Of a stretch of DNA of 64,000 nt, positions 35,269 to 44,901 are shown one piece after another. The translations under genes were made by a program, and so were the position numbers. The notes under the pieces were generated by a model, which had not been told where the DNA came from, ran no database searches, and was given only the letters and a program-made list of their open reading frames with translations. The stretch is from an uncultured bacterium. GTDB lineage: Bacteria > Babelota > Babeliae > Babelales > Vermiphilaceae. The stretch lies in the NCBI GenBank assembly GCA_963707655.1, contig OY970172.1:448001-512000 (forward strand). Direction: 5' to 3'. Position 1 is the first letter of the stretch, and every line of letters starts with the position of its first letter.

Positions 35269-37998
35269 TTATTCAAGGTTATATTCTTTGCAGCGCCTAT
35301 TAACCGATGAGCGGTTTACCCCCAGAAAGGCAGCAATTTGATTCTGGTTTTTAAATTTGTTCCAGAGCATTGCCATTACTTTTTCATTACGCAGCGCATG
35401 CTTGCCCAAATCTGCTGCTTGTAACAGCTCCGGGTCATTGCTAACATGCACCGGCTGAAACTTGGTTTCTTCATAAATATTATGTTTCTTTGATTTGTGT
35501 ATGAGCAAGTTTTGCACTTTTGTTTTGAGCTCTATCAAGCTGACTGGCCGCGCACCGACCAATTTGTCTTTCTCTTTTTCATTTAACTCAAGAATATTCT
35601 TAAAATCATCTGTCTTTACCGTTTGCGCGCTAAATCCTTCTGCCAAATTGTGCAATTCCGATGCAGGCAATGTAGCCAACGGCGGCATGCTCAATGATGT
35701 TTTTTTTAATTCTTCGTACAGCGTTTTTGAAAATCTATTTTCTTCTACGAGTGCTGCGAGATTTTTATCGCTTGAACAGATGATGCGTATATTGCCCTGA
35801 TTTTTTTGATCACTTTTGAACGTGCCCCAAAAACCTGTTTTTAAATATTCAGCTAAATATTCTTGCGTTTCTTTGTCTAAGAAATCAACATTTTTAATAA
35901 ACAAAGTGCCGATATTATCAAGTTTTTCAAAAAGTGGTCGCTCGGTAGTTTTTATGCCAAAAATAGGGTTTATGCCAAAGATTTTTATGAGATAATCATT
36001 GTCCTTGACCGGTTCGTGCAAGCTTATAGTATGCAATGTCTCACGCAAATTAATGTGATGGATCAATTCAACCATTGCCTTTGTATCCTCCTCAGGAAGG
36101 TCCAACAGAAGGGCATTATTGCTCATGCCGATTTTGAGCAGATCGATCTTAAAATTAAGGAGCACTTCCCCTGAACCGGGTATGAGTTGATTAATTAATT
36201 GGCCCGACTTGGTGGTCTCTAGATACAGCAAGTAATCCCACTTGGTTGGGTCTTTAAGAAAAGAAATTTGCTTTTTTATAATGTCTGAAATTTCCGGATG
36301 ATAGATGGTGATAATGACATTGTTTTGCTCAAGATTGGGCACGCCGGATATAATAATTTTTTTACCGTCAGCATCGGTCGAAAAGGTGGTTTTTGAAATC
36401 TTGTATTCTTCTACCTGACTCCCCACTTCGCGTATTGCTTTGCTCAATGGATGACCCTCTTGCAGATTAAGATTTATTTTAATTAATTCTTTTGCAGCCT
36501 GATTGCCAAAAATAAAGCGACGATTTTTATAAAAGATAATGCCAATATCTTTTTGGTTATTCATGCGCAAGAATGAGCGCATGCTTTCTTTATACTGCAT
36601 GATTTCTTGCTCTTTATTATGCAATTCTTCTTTGAGCTCTTTTTCTTGCTGGACCAGTAAATCAAGATTCCTATTTTGTAATAAATTAATGATATTACCC
36701 AAGTAATTGGCAAAGACCAGCATCTCGTCATGGTCAACAATGCTATACAATTTGTTGGGACGCGCATTAAATTCTATGACCATATACGCGATAACTTTCT
36801 GCTTTTGATAAATGGGCAAAAACAGATCCGCATTAATTTTTTCAAGGAAATGAATCAAGGCACTGCGTCGCTTGTCTTCATCATAAAAATTGTTAAAGGT
36901 AAGTTCATCATAAATCAGAATTTGTGATTTTTTTATGAAATCACAAATATCGTTATCATGGGTACCCATAAAATCTTCAATGAATTGTTCTATTGAATGC
37001 AGTTGCTGAAATTGCATTTTACTGCTGTCATTGCGCACAATAAGCGTAACTTTTTTATGGGGAATGGTGAGAGATTTTTTTAAAAATGTTTGGGTAACTT
37101 GGGACAATTCATGAATGCCGCTCACTTTGCTAAGCTGTTCAAGAACTTCTTTAAACGTATCGACAAAGTTTGCGCGCTGCTTGGCGTGCAGATGCTTATC
37201 AAAATTGAGAAATCTGAGACCCAACACCTTTTGAATGCAGTAAAAAATACTATAACTGATTAAAAGAGTAGAGACACCCAAAATACTCGATTCGTAGATC
37301 TGTTGATGGAAAAAATGCTGTGCGGCGATAATACATTCCGCCAAAAGAAAAGGACAAAGCAGGTAAGAAATCAACACGGTGAGTTGTATTTTAAGAATTT
37401 TCGGTAATTTTTCTGTCCGTATGTTCTTGAAGGTAAAGAAAAGTGCCGGCAATATGACAATTGCCAAGAGATACAAGCTTACGTAACGTATGATGTTTAA
37501 CTCAAGTGATGATTGCAATGATGCGTCTGCCAACGCAGCATAGCGCTCCGCTTCATCAGTGAGATTATTATCAAAGAAAGCGATATAAATAAAATAAAAA
37601 ATCGTTGCCCCGCTCAAGGCTGTAGTAAATTTTTGCCACAAATTCAAACGATATTTTTTGTGAACAAAGCTTTCTATAAAGAGAGCAAGGAACTGATACT
37701 GCATAACCATTGCTGCCCACGAACAGCGAACAATAAAGATATGAAGACCGTAGGGAATCCACGGGAAGAAGATTTGTCGCGTTAGCTTGCTTATCCAGGC
37801 AACATCGCCAACCATTGATCCAAGTAATATCAATAGGAGAAAAAGCCACGGAAGCTTAAAAGATGAAGTGCGCAATCCCTTGGGAACCAAGAGCGTTATC
37901 AAATATATTTTTATGCTTAGGGCCACCCACATAGTAAATAAGAGAAAATGGGGCGTTTTCAGCATGGCATAGAGCGAAGATAGTGATTCTATAGGCAT
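35269..37998 (-). CDS. Membrane-anchored one-component regulator 1 (multi-TM / GAF-like / PAS-like / degenerate sigma54-type AAA / Fis HTH)
   Basis: About seven hydrophobic segments in the first 260 aa; GTLFIKNV, NIRIICSS..L..LVEENRFSKTLY and MPPL; C-terminal NQNQIAAFLGVNRSSVNRRCK. Confidence 0.85.
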   Translation of the reverse strand: MPIESLSSLYAMLKTPHFLLFTMWVALSIKIYLITLLVPKGLRTSSFKLPWLFLLLILLGSMVGDVAWISKLTRQIFFPWIPYGLHIFIVRCSWAAMVMQYQFLALFIESFVHKKYRLNLWQKFTTALSGATIFYFIYIAFFDNNLTDEAERYAALADASLQSSLELNIIRYVSLYLLAIVILPALFFTFKNIRTEKLPKILKIQLTVLISYLLCPFLLAECIIAAQHFFHQQIYESSILGVSTLLISYSIFYCIQKVLGLRFLNFDKHLHAKQRANFVDTFKEVLEQLSKVSGIHELSQVTQTFLKKSLTIPHKKVTLIVRNDSSKMQFQQLHSIEQFIEDFMGTHDNDICDFIKKSQILIYDELTFNNFYDEDKRRSALIHFLEKINADLFLPIYQKQKVIAYMVIEFNARPNKLYSIVDHDEMLVFANYLGNIINLLQNRNLDLLVQQEKELKEELHNKEQEIMQYKESMRSFLRMNNQKDIGIIFYKNRRFIFGNQAAKELIKINLNLQEGHPLSKAIREVGSQVEEYKISKTTFSTDADGKKIIISGVPNLEQNNVIITIYHPEISDIIKKQISFLKDPTKWDYLLYLETTKSGQLINQLIPGSGEVLLNFKIDLLKIGMSNNALLLDLPEEDTKAMVELIHHINLRETLHTISLHEPVKDNDYLIKIFGINPIFGIKTTERPLFEKLDNIGTLFIKNVDFLDKETQEYLAEYLKTGFWGTFKSDQKNQGNIRIICSSDKNLAALVEENRFSKTLYEELKKTSLSMPPLATLPASELHNLAEGFSAQTVKTDDFKNILELNEKEKDKLVGARPVSLIELKTKVQNLLIHKSKKHNIYEETKFQPVHVSNDPELLQAADLGKHALRNEKVMAMLWNKFKNQNQIAAFLGVNRSSVNRRCKEYNLE

Positions 37999-38003
37999 AA
38001 CTA

Positions 38004-38032
38004 TTGATCTTCCTTTTGACTGCTATTATACT
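38004..38032 (+). promoter_or_regulatory. sigma70-type promoter of micro-ORF 1
   Basis: TTGATC-N17-TATACT; same hexamers and spacing as at 40963. Confidence 0.7.
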
Positions 38033-38093
38033 ACTACTCCATAATACTAAAGCCACAAATAATTTCTAACAACTTTATGTTTAAGGATTGCTA

Positions 38094-38174
38094 ATGATCA
38101 GTTTGTTTTTCATGAAACTTCTCACTCTTGCTTTTTTTGTTGTTATGCTGCTCCGCTACCCGCCTAATGCGTAA
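38094..38174 (+). CDS. Micro-ORF 1, 26 aa MISLFFMKLLTLAFFVVMLLRYPPNA
   Basis: taagga RBS; divergent from regulator 1; shares C-terminal aromatic-PPN-x-stop with micro-ORF 2. Confidence 0.65.
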   Translation: MISLFFMKLLTLAFFVVMLLRYPPNA

Positions 38175-38263
38175 TAGCTTAGCTTCTCGCACCGAACAGA
38201 AGAAGTAAAGACACACTTGTGATATTATTGCAGAAAAATAGTCTTTTTACTAAAGCCTATTTT

Positions 38264-40957
38264 TTACTCTAAATTAAACTCTTTGCATCGTCTATTGACT
38301 GATGAGCGGTTGACGCCTAAAAATGACGCGATTTTATTCTGATTCTTAAATTTATCCCACAACATTACCATGATCCGCTGATCGCGCAGGGCATGTTTGC
38401 CCAGACGCGCGGCTTGAATAAGTTCAGGAGACGTTGTCTCATACGCAGCATGAAACTGCGGCTCATGTTCTATCTCGTTTTTCTTTGATTTTGCTATTAA
38501 TAATTGCTGAATCTTTGTTTTAAGCTCTTGCAGACTTATTGGTCGGACAAGAGCTATTTTTGTTTTCTCTTTATCGGTAAGCTCAAACAAATTCCCCAGG
38601 GGCTGTTCTTGGAGCGCAATAGCGCTAAAACCATCAGCCAATGTATCAAGTTCATTTTGAGGCAAAGTGAGCAATGATGGCATGCTTAAACTTGTTTTTT
38701 TCAGCTCATTAAACAACGCCGCAGAAAAAGTGCCCTCATGCACGCGTGCGGATAAATTCTGGTTACTTGAACAGATAATGCGCACCGAGCTGCTTATTTT
38801 CTGGTCGCTTTTAAAGACACGGAATATGCCATATTTTAAATATTCAGCTAAATATTCCTGCGCTTCCATCTCTAAAAAGTGAATGTTTTCTATAAAAAGA
38901 GTTGCCGTGTTATCAAGCTTTTCAAGCAACGATTTGTTTGGCGATGTGCTAAAAATAGGATTAATGCCAAACAGTTTGATTGCATTTTCAAAATTGCGTG
39001 CCGGTGATTGCAGAGTGAGAATATGCAGCGTATCACGCAGGCTGATATGGTGTATGATTTCAACGGTGGGCATAAGATCTTCAGTAGACATTTCAAGCAA
39101 AAGCGCTTTTTTGGTGAGCGCCATTTTGAGAAACTCAATTTTAAAATTGAGCAACGTTTCACCCGATCCGGGAATAAGTTGGTTAATTAACTGGCCCGAC
39201 TTGGTCGTCTCCAGATAGAGAAGATAATCCCATTTGGTTGGATCTTTGAGCAAATCAATTTGACGTTTTACAATATCGGAAATATCAGGATGATAGAGGG
39301 TAATGATAACATTGTTTTTTTCAAGATTTGGCACGCCGGCAATAACTATTTTGTTGCCATCATTATCAAGAGCAATCATTGATTGCGGCGATTTATATTC
39401 TTCTACCTGAGTGGCAACCTGCTTTATTGCTTTGGTCAGAGGATGTCCCTCGTGCGTATTAAGGTTGATTTTAACCAATTCTTGTGCTGTTTGATTGCCA
39501 AAAGTAAAGCGGCGACTTTTGTAGAATAAGATGCCGATTTCTTTTTGTTTATTGGAGCGCAAAAATGAGCGAATGCTTTCTTTATACTGGTTTATCTCTT
39601 GATGCTTGCCATAAAGCTCCTCTTTGAGCTCTTTTTCATGAGCAAGCAGTGCTTCCAATTTTCGATTCTGTAATAAATAAATAATATTACCTACATAGTT
39701 GGCAAAGACCAACATCTCATCCTGCTCAACCTTGCTATAAAAATTATTGTTGCGCGCATAGCGGTCAATAATAATATAAGCGATGAGAATATTGTTTTTA
39801 TAAAGAGGAATAAAAACATCTGCATTAAGCGCTTCTAATAGATTGAGCAATGTTTTTTGCGTCTCTTCCTCATCATAAAAATTAGTAAAATCAAGTTCGT
39901 CGGTGATGAGTATTTCTTTGTTTTTTAATACTTCCACTGCTGCCGATTGCGTTGCAAGGAAAGTTTCAATAACCATTTCAACCCTGTTGTTTTCTCCATT
40001 ACTTTCTCCGTTAACAGCCTGCTTGGCGCGGGTATAAAGCAGTGTGCGATTTACCGGAGTATTAAAATTCTCTTTAAAAAACGTCTGGGTAATATGGCTT
40101 AATTCTTTAGGATTGGTAACCATACTCAGCTGTTCAAGAACATCTTTAAAATTGTTTACAAAGTTGAATCGTGCTGCCGCTTGCACATGATCATTCAGAT
40201 TAAGAAAACGCAAACCGGTCACACGGCGCGAGCAATAATAAATCGCGTAGGCAAGCAAGAGGTTTGAAAGCCCAACCGCTGCATAGCTACTGGTAATATA
40301 TGAGGGAATAACAAAATTGAAAGGATATACTTGGATAAAATCAAAGAAAAGGTGGGGGATAATGAATGCTCTGATAATAATAGAAAGCTGTTTTTTAAGT
40401 AAGCGGGGAAGTTGCTTGTTGCGCAATTGCCAATACACATAAAAGAGACTGGGCATGATGAGCGGGAAAAGGCAATACAAAGAACAGATTCTTTGTAGAT
40501 TATAGAGTATGATGCTTTTCACGCCGGTATGCCAACTGACAAAGGCTTCAGATAAGAACGCAACAACAAAGAATGCACTGAGCAAAAGAAAGATGGCTCG
40601 GCGCAGAGTGATTTTATACTGTGGCTCTACAAAGCTTTCTATAAACAGGGCCAATGATTGATATTGTATTACCGGAAATGCCCATGCGATGCGCACCCAA
40701 AGGGTGGAATCCATGTTAGGAAGAAAAAGCCGTGAAATAAGTTCAACGATCCAGGCTGAGTCAACAACTGATGCGCCAATCAATACACCGCACAAAAGCC
40801 AGATAGATCGGTGAGAGTTTTTAGAGGCAGAAAGACTGCGCGTTAAAAGATAAATCAGTAAAAATATTTTAAAACTGAAAGTACACGCAAGAATGGTTAA
40901 CAAATAGTACTGATTACCCAGTATTGTTTCTAGAGAATGTAGAAAAGTTGTTATCAT
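38264..40957 (-). CDS. Membrane-anchored one-component regulator 2, paralog of 35269..37998
   Basis: Same architecture; identical blocks such as LKDPTKWDYLLYLETTKSGQLINQLIPGSGE and FLGVNRSSVNRRCKE. Confidence 0.85.
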   Translation of the reverse strand: MITTFLHSLETILGNQYYLLTILACTFSFKIFLLIYLLTRSLSASKNSHRSIWLLCGVLIGASVVDSAWIVELISRLFLPNMDSTLWVRIAWAFPVIQYQSLALFIESFVEPQYKITLRRAIFLLLSAFFVVAFLSEAFVSWHTGVKSIILYNLQRICSLYCLFPLIMPSLFYVYWQLRNKQLPRLLKKQLSIIIRAFIIPHLFFDFIQVYPFNFVIPSYITSSYAAVGLSNLLLAYAIYYCSRRVTGLRFLNLNDHVQAAARFNFVNNFKDVLEQLSMVTNPKELSHITQTFFKENFNTPVNRTLLYTRAKQAVNGESNGENNRVEMVIETFLATQSAAVEVLKNKEILITDELDFTNFYDEEETQKTLLNLLEALNADVFIPLYKNNILIAYIIIDRYARNNNFYSKVEQDEMLVFANYVGNIIYLLQNRKLEALLAHEKELKEELYGKHQEINQYKESIRSFLRSNKQKEIGILFYKSRRFTFGNQTAQELVKINLNTHEGHPLTKAIKQVATQVEEYKSPQSMIALDNDGNKIVIAGVPNLEKNNVIITLYHPDISDIVKRQIDLLKDPTKWDYLLYLETTKSGQLINQLIPGSGETLLNFKIEFLKMALTKKALLLEMSTEDLMPTVEIIHHISLRDTLHILTLQSPARNFENAIKLFGINPIFSTSPNKSLLEKLDNTATLFIENIHFLEMEAQEYLAEYLKYGIFRVFKSDQKISSSVRIICSSNQNLSARVHEGTFSAALFNELKKTSLSMPSLLTLPQNELDTLADGFSAIALQEQPLGNLFELTDKEKTKIALVRPISLQELKTKIQQLLIAKSKKNEIEHEPQFHAAYETTSPELIQAARLGKHALRDQRIMVMLWDKFKNQNKIASFLGVNRSSVNRRCKEFNLE

Positions 40958-40962
40958 AACTA

Positions 40963-40991
40963 TTGATCTTCAATATTCAAAAAGCTATACT
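40963..40991 (+). promoter_or_regulatory. sigma70-type promoter of micro-ORF 2
   Basis: TTGATC-N17-TATACT. Confidence 0.7.
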
Positions 40992-41033
40992 TGTCTTCAA
41001 ATTTCACCGAGCTATTTCCTTAGGAGGATTTCT

Positions 41034-41141
41034 ATGAACAAACTGAAAAATGTTATCAATTTCCTGTGTTCTCCCTACTTTCAAGTAGCAGTTGCGCTGG
41101 TTATGGTATTTGCATTTGATGAATTTCCACCAAACAGATAA
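41034..41141 (+). CDS. Micro-ORF 2, 35 aa MNKLKNVINFLCSPYFQVAVALVMVFAFDEFPPNR
   Basis: Strong taggagg RBS 6 nt upstream; divergent from regulator 2; hydrophobic core and FPPNR end. Confidence 0.75.
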   Translation: MNKLKNVINFLCSPYFQVAVALVMVFAFDEFPPNR

Positions 41142-41251
41142 ATCATCTTGTTTCTTGATTCTACCATAAATGGTAAACATGAACAAATTGGGTTTTAATG
41201 CGCCTGGAAATTCAATAATGGCAATTAAAATTTTTATTAGAGGTGCATGAC

Positions 41252-41914
41252 ATGACTGAGCGTGAACGGGTGGAAAAAATTATCCATCTCTTGCGCAAAA
41301 ATACCGTTGGTATGGTCGATCCTGCATCTCTTTCTCTTATTAAAAAATTCGGTCACAATCCGTTTATTGTCCTGGTAGGCTGCATGCTCAGCCTCCGCAC
41401 TCAAGATAAAGTCTCTCTCCCTGCATCGCTCAGGCTCTTTGAGCACGCAAAAACTCCTCAAGAAATACTGTCACTCCCGCTCCATTCGCTAGAAAAACTG
41501 ATTTATCCGGTTGGTTTTTATCGTAATAAAGCAAAATATATTCATTTGACCTGCAAAAAGCTAATTCAAGATTTTAATGGCACAGTGCCACAAACACGAG
41601 ACGAGCTTCTTACATTGCCCGGCGTCGGACGCAAAACTGCCAATCTCGTTTTGGGAGAGGCATTTGGCATTCCGGCTATTTGTGTTGATACCCATGTGCA
41701 TAAAGTTTCTAATCGTTTGGGCATTGTAGCCACAACAACAGTTGAAGAAACAGAAGAAGCACTCATGAAAGTGCTTCCTGAAAAATATTGGATCGAATAC
41801 AATCGGCTTTTGGTTATGTGGGGGCAAAATGTTTGTTTGCCCATCTCGCCACTCTGTTCACAATGCGTTCTTTTGCCGCTCTGCCCGCAAAAAGGTGTTA
41901 TCCGCCACCGTTAA
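41252..41914 (+). CDS. nth: Endonuclease III
   Basis: HhH LPGVGRKTAN, VDTHV, and C-x6-C-x2-C-x5-C iron-sulfur motif. Confidence 0.95.
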   Translation: MTERERVEKIIHLLRKNTVGMVDPASLSLIKKFGHNPFIVLVGCMLSLRTQDKVSLPASLRLFEHAKTPQEILSLPLHSLEKLIYPVGFYRNKAKYIHLTCKKLIQDFNGTVPQTRDELLTLPGVGRKTANLVLGEAFGIPAICVDTHVHKVSNRLGIVATTTVEETEEALMKVLPEKYWIEYNRLLVMWGQNVCLPISPLCSQCVLLPLCPQKGVIRHR

Positions 41915-41932
41915 CATGCTTATCTGCGATTC

Positions 41933-43636
41933 TTAAGATACTGTAGCGGCCTTGGCAAGCAATGCCTCAACAGTGAGGCCAAATTCCTGTTTGCCGTCTA
42001 GGTAACGTAGCGTAACGGTATTGTTTTCCACCTCTTTTTTGCCTATGACAATCATCCACGGCACTTTTTCAAGCTGTGCTGCTTTGATTTGCCCGGAAAT
42101 CTGATCAGTTGTCTCATTAAGTTCCACACGAATGCCGCGTGCCTTGAGCTGTTCCATGACAGTCTTGGCATAGGGCTTTTGTTCATCGGTAATGGTGAGA
42201 ATTTTGATTTGCACCGGAGCGAGCCAGAAAGGAAGGTTCCCTTTTAAATGCTCAAGCAAAATAGCAAAGAAGCGTTCAAACGAACCATAAATAGCACGGT
42301 GAATCATAACCGGGCGCTCTTTGTGGCCGCCTGAGGCGATATAGCTGAGGTCAAAGTTTTCTGGCTGGAAGAAATCGACCTGCACCGTGCCGCATTGCCA
42401 TTCGCGCCCCATCGAATCACGAATACCAAATTCAATCTTTGGTCCATAAAACGCGCCGTCACCTTCATTGATTTTGTACGGTATGCCGGCAGCGGTTAAC
42501 GCATTGCCCAAGGCATCGGTCGCTTTTTTCCACAATTCATCACTGCCCATTGCATTAGCCGGCTTGGTCGAAAGGCCAACATCTATCTGCTCAAAGCCAA
42601 ATTTTTTGAAAACTTCCATGTTTAACTTAATTGCTTGCAATACCTCTTGCTCAATTTGTTCCGGCGTACAATAAATGTGACCGTCATCAATAGTAAATGC
42701 GCGCACTCTAAATAAGCCATGCAAAACGCCTGAAAGTTCAAAGCGATGCACAAGCCCAAATTCTGCCAGTCGCAGTGGCAACTCTTTGTATGAGCGTGGC
42801 CGTTCTTTATAAATCAGAATAGAGCCGGGGCAGTTCATTGGCTTGATGGCGTATTGTTTATCTTCAATGCATGAGAAATACATATTATCTTTATAGTGAG
42901 CATAATGCCCTGATTGGCGCCAAAGCTCATCAGAAAGCATCATAGGGGTTTGTATTTCTACGTAGCCGGCTTTTTCAAGCAACCCGCGCAAATAGTGCAC
43001 GAGTGTATTTAAAACTGCTTTTCCTTTGGGATGAAAGAAGGGAAAGCCAACTCCCTCTTCATGAAATGAAAAGAGATCAAGTTGCTTGCCCAGGCGACGG
43101 TGATCGTAACGCATGGCATCTTCAACCTGTTGTTCATAGGTTTTAAGAGCAGCTTCTGTTTCAAATGCGGTGCCGGTAATACGCTGAAGCGCCTGGTTAC
43201 TTTTATCAGCGCGCCAATATGAGCCGGAAATATTCAATAATTTATAATATTTAATATCGCCGGTTGCATGAACGTGACCCCCTTTGCACAAATCATAGAA
43301 GTCGCCTTGGCGTGCAATGCCAACGGTTTCGCCAGGGATGCCATCAATCAATTCAAGCTTGTAGGGATTATTTTTATACAGCTCACGCGCCTTTTCTTTG
43401 CTCATCTGCTCATGAGTGATAGGCAGGTTGCGTTTTTCAATTTCACGCATTCTGGCTTCAATCAATGGCAGATCAGTTTCTTTAAAGTTTTTTTCAGGTA
43501 AGAAATCATAAAAAAAACCTTGCGGCGTTGCCGGCCCAATAGTAAGCAGTGTTTGTGGAAAAAGCTCATGAATAGCATGAGCGAGTAGATGAGCGGCTGA
43601 GTGGCGCAATATTTCTAGATCAATGTTCGATTTCAT
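41933..43636 (-). CDS. thrS: Threonine--tRNA ligase (short form without N-terminal TGS domain)
   Basis: RHSAAHLL, DHRRLG, KPMNCPG, GAFYGPKI, IHRAIYGSFERF. Confidence 0.97.
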   Translation of the reverse strand: MKSNIDLEILRHSAAHLLAHAIHELFPQTLLTIGPATPQGFFYDFLPEKNFKETDLPLIEARMREIEKRNLPITHEQMSKEKARELYKNNPYKLELIDGIPGETVGIARQGDFYDLCKGGHVHATGDIKYYKLLNISGSYWRADKSNQALQRITGTAFETEAALKTYEQQVEDAMRYDHRRLGKQLDLFSFHEEGVGFPFFHPKGKAVLNTLVHYLRGLLEKAGYVEIQTPMMLSDELWRQSGHYAHYKDNMYFSCIEDKQYAIKPMNCPGSILIYKERPRSYKELPLRLAEFGLVHRFELSGVLHGLFRVRAFTIDDGHIYCTPEQIEQEVLQAIKLNMEVFKKFGFEQIDVGLSTKPANAMGSDELWKKATDALGNALTAAGIPYKINEGDGAFYGPKIEFGIRDSMGREWQCGTVQVDFFQPENFDLSYIASGGHKERPVMIHRAIYGSFERFFAILLEHLKGNLPFWLAPVQIKILTITDEQKPYAKTVMEQLKARGIRVELNETTDQISGQIKAAQLEKVPWMIVIGKKEVENNTVTLRYLDGKQEFGLTVEALLAKAATVS

Positions 43637-43686
43637 AATAGTTCATTCCTTGGCGGGAAAAAATAATAACTCTTTTATAAGAGTAG

Positions 43687-43715
43687 GGTACTATAAATCT
43701 GCTTTTCTGCCTAGC
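43687..43715. repeat. 29-bp direct repeat, copy 1
   Basis: ggtactataaatctgcttttctgcctagc; 27/29 identical to 47087..47115. Confidence 0.8.
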
Positions 43716-43916
43716 GGGTCATTCCTGTATCGCAGATTTTGATGAACCATGACGCCTGAGTATATTCAGGGATGTTATGAGTAACTTGCAACGCTTGCCC
43801 AGCATTATTCAGAACGTTAATTTTTTTGGCCGGCCAACAACAAGTTCTGTGTCTGCAAGTATCAGATTATTTGTTAAAATAAACATTAACACTAAAATAT
43901 TTTTATAGTTATACAC
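43711..43916 (-). pseudogene. Truncated/frameshifted paralog of 43935..44381
   Basis: ggagg RBS, GTG start, (M)YNYKNILVLMFILTN..AD; after a shift in an A7 run it reads INVLNNAGQALQVTHNIPEYT; stop lies inside the direct repeat. Confidence 0.7.
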
Positions 43917-43934
43917 AATTACCTCCACTCAGGT

Positions 43935-44381
43935 TTAATAAGTAAAAACAGATTTTTTATCCTGTAATTTTACTGTCTGTTTTTTCATAGTTGCTATCAG
44001 ATTTAGTACCCAGTTTGAGCAATGTTTTAATCGTATTATAACGCTTGAGTAGCATTGTCCATAAAAACGGGGACTTGTTATCTTTTTCTTGATTAATGTT
44101 AGCGCATCAAGCACAGCTTGCCTCATTTTTTCTGAAGTCTCAGCTTCTGTGTCTTGATCTAATGTATCTTGAAACGAATTAATTTTTTTAAATTTAATGA
44201 TAGCTTCGGTTTGTTCTGGTACAATCCAATTAATGTTTACGGAATTAATGTGTAAAGAATGCTCGGTATTGTTTATTATATTAATAGTGTTTGTTGAACC
44301 GCTGGAACTATCAGCATTAATAAACTTCACATTCGTTAATAAGATAAATGCGGATATCAAAATATTTTTATAACTATACAT
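43935..44381 (-). CDS. Hypothetical secreted protein (INIINN..SLHI..VP..T family)
   Basis: ggag RBS, signal peptide, motif shared with neighbours. Confidence 0.7.
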   Translation of the reverse strand: MYSYKNILISAFILLTNVKFINADSSSGSTNTINIINNTEHSLHINSVNINWIVPEQTEAIIKFKKINSFQDTLDQDTEAETSEKMRQAVLDALTLIKKKITSPRFYGQCYSSVIIRLKHCSNWVLNLIATMKKQTVKLQDKKSVFTY

Positions 44382-44422
44382 AACTAAACTCCATTCAAAA
44401 ATAAATTAATAAAAATCTATAC

Positions 44423-44821
44423 TCACTGTATATATAGGTCATATGAACCAACAGACTGGCCATATAATGGCATCATTTCTACCGTTACAAGTGTTTTTTG
44501 TTCTACAGAAGCGGGTTGTAAGTCATGTTTAGACAGTATAGTTTCTTCTATCGTGGGAGTTTCTAATTTGGCTATAACTCGCTCAACAGGAGCACTTGAA
44601 GTAATAAGTTTTTTATGCTCAACGCTTTTATTTTTTTTATATATAAGGGCAGCTATACCAGCAATCGTAGCCACTAATAAAGAGGCAGCGACAATATTAT
44701 GTTGATTAGCAGCGGCATTGTAGAATGATTTAGCATAATCTACCGGGTTTGTAGCATGAATTAATGAAGCTTGCATCAAGCACAGCGCTACAATAAAAGA
44801 AGTTATTTGTTTACGTATCAT
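44423..44821 (-). CDS. Hypothetical protein with signal peptide and one TM segment
   Basis: ggag RBS; signal ending IHA; TM IVAASLLVATIAGIAALIY. Confidence 0.65.
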   Translation of the reverse strand: MIRKQITSFIVALCLMQASLIHATNPVDYAKSFYNAAANQHNIVAASLLVATIAGIAALIYKKNKSVEHKKLITSSAPVERVIAKLETPTIEETILSKHDLQPASVEQKTLVTVEMMPLYGQSVGSYDLYIQ

Positions 44822-44901
44822 AATTAGATCTCCATTTGATAGTTGCTGCATTTATTGTGAGCAAAAAGCAGACAATAAATGCAGCAAATAAAACTAATAA
44901 A

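Noticed and set aside
41179..41250. Possible third micro-ORF MNKLGFNAPGNSIMAIKIFIRGA, starting MNKL like micro-ORF 2
   Set aside because: No RBS and no PPN end. Its start lies in the 3' arm of an imperfect hairpin (taccat-aa-atggta), and it runs into the nth start region.
41933..43636. ThrRS lacking the N-terminal TGS domain as a novelty
   Set aside because: Short ThrRS forms are known in several bacterial lineages; editing and catalytic motifs are intact.
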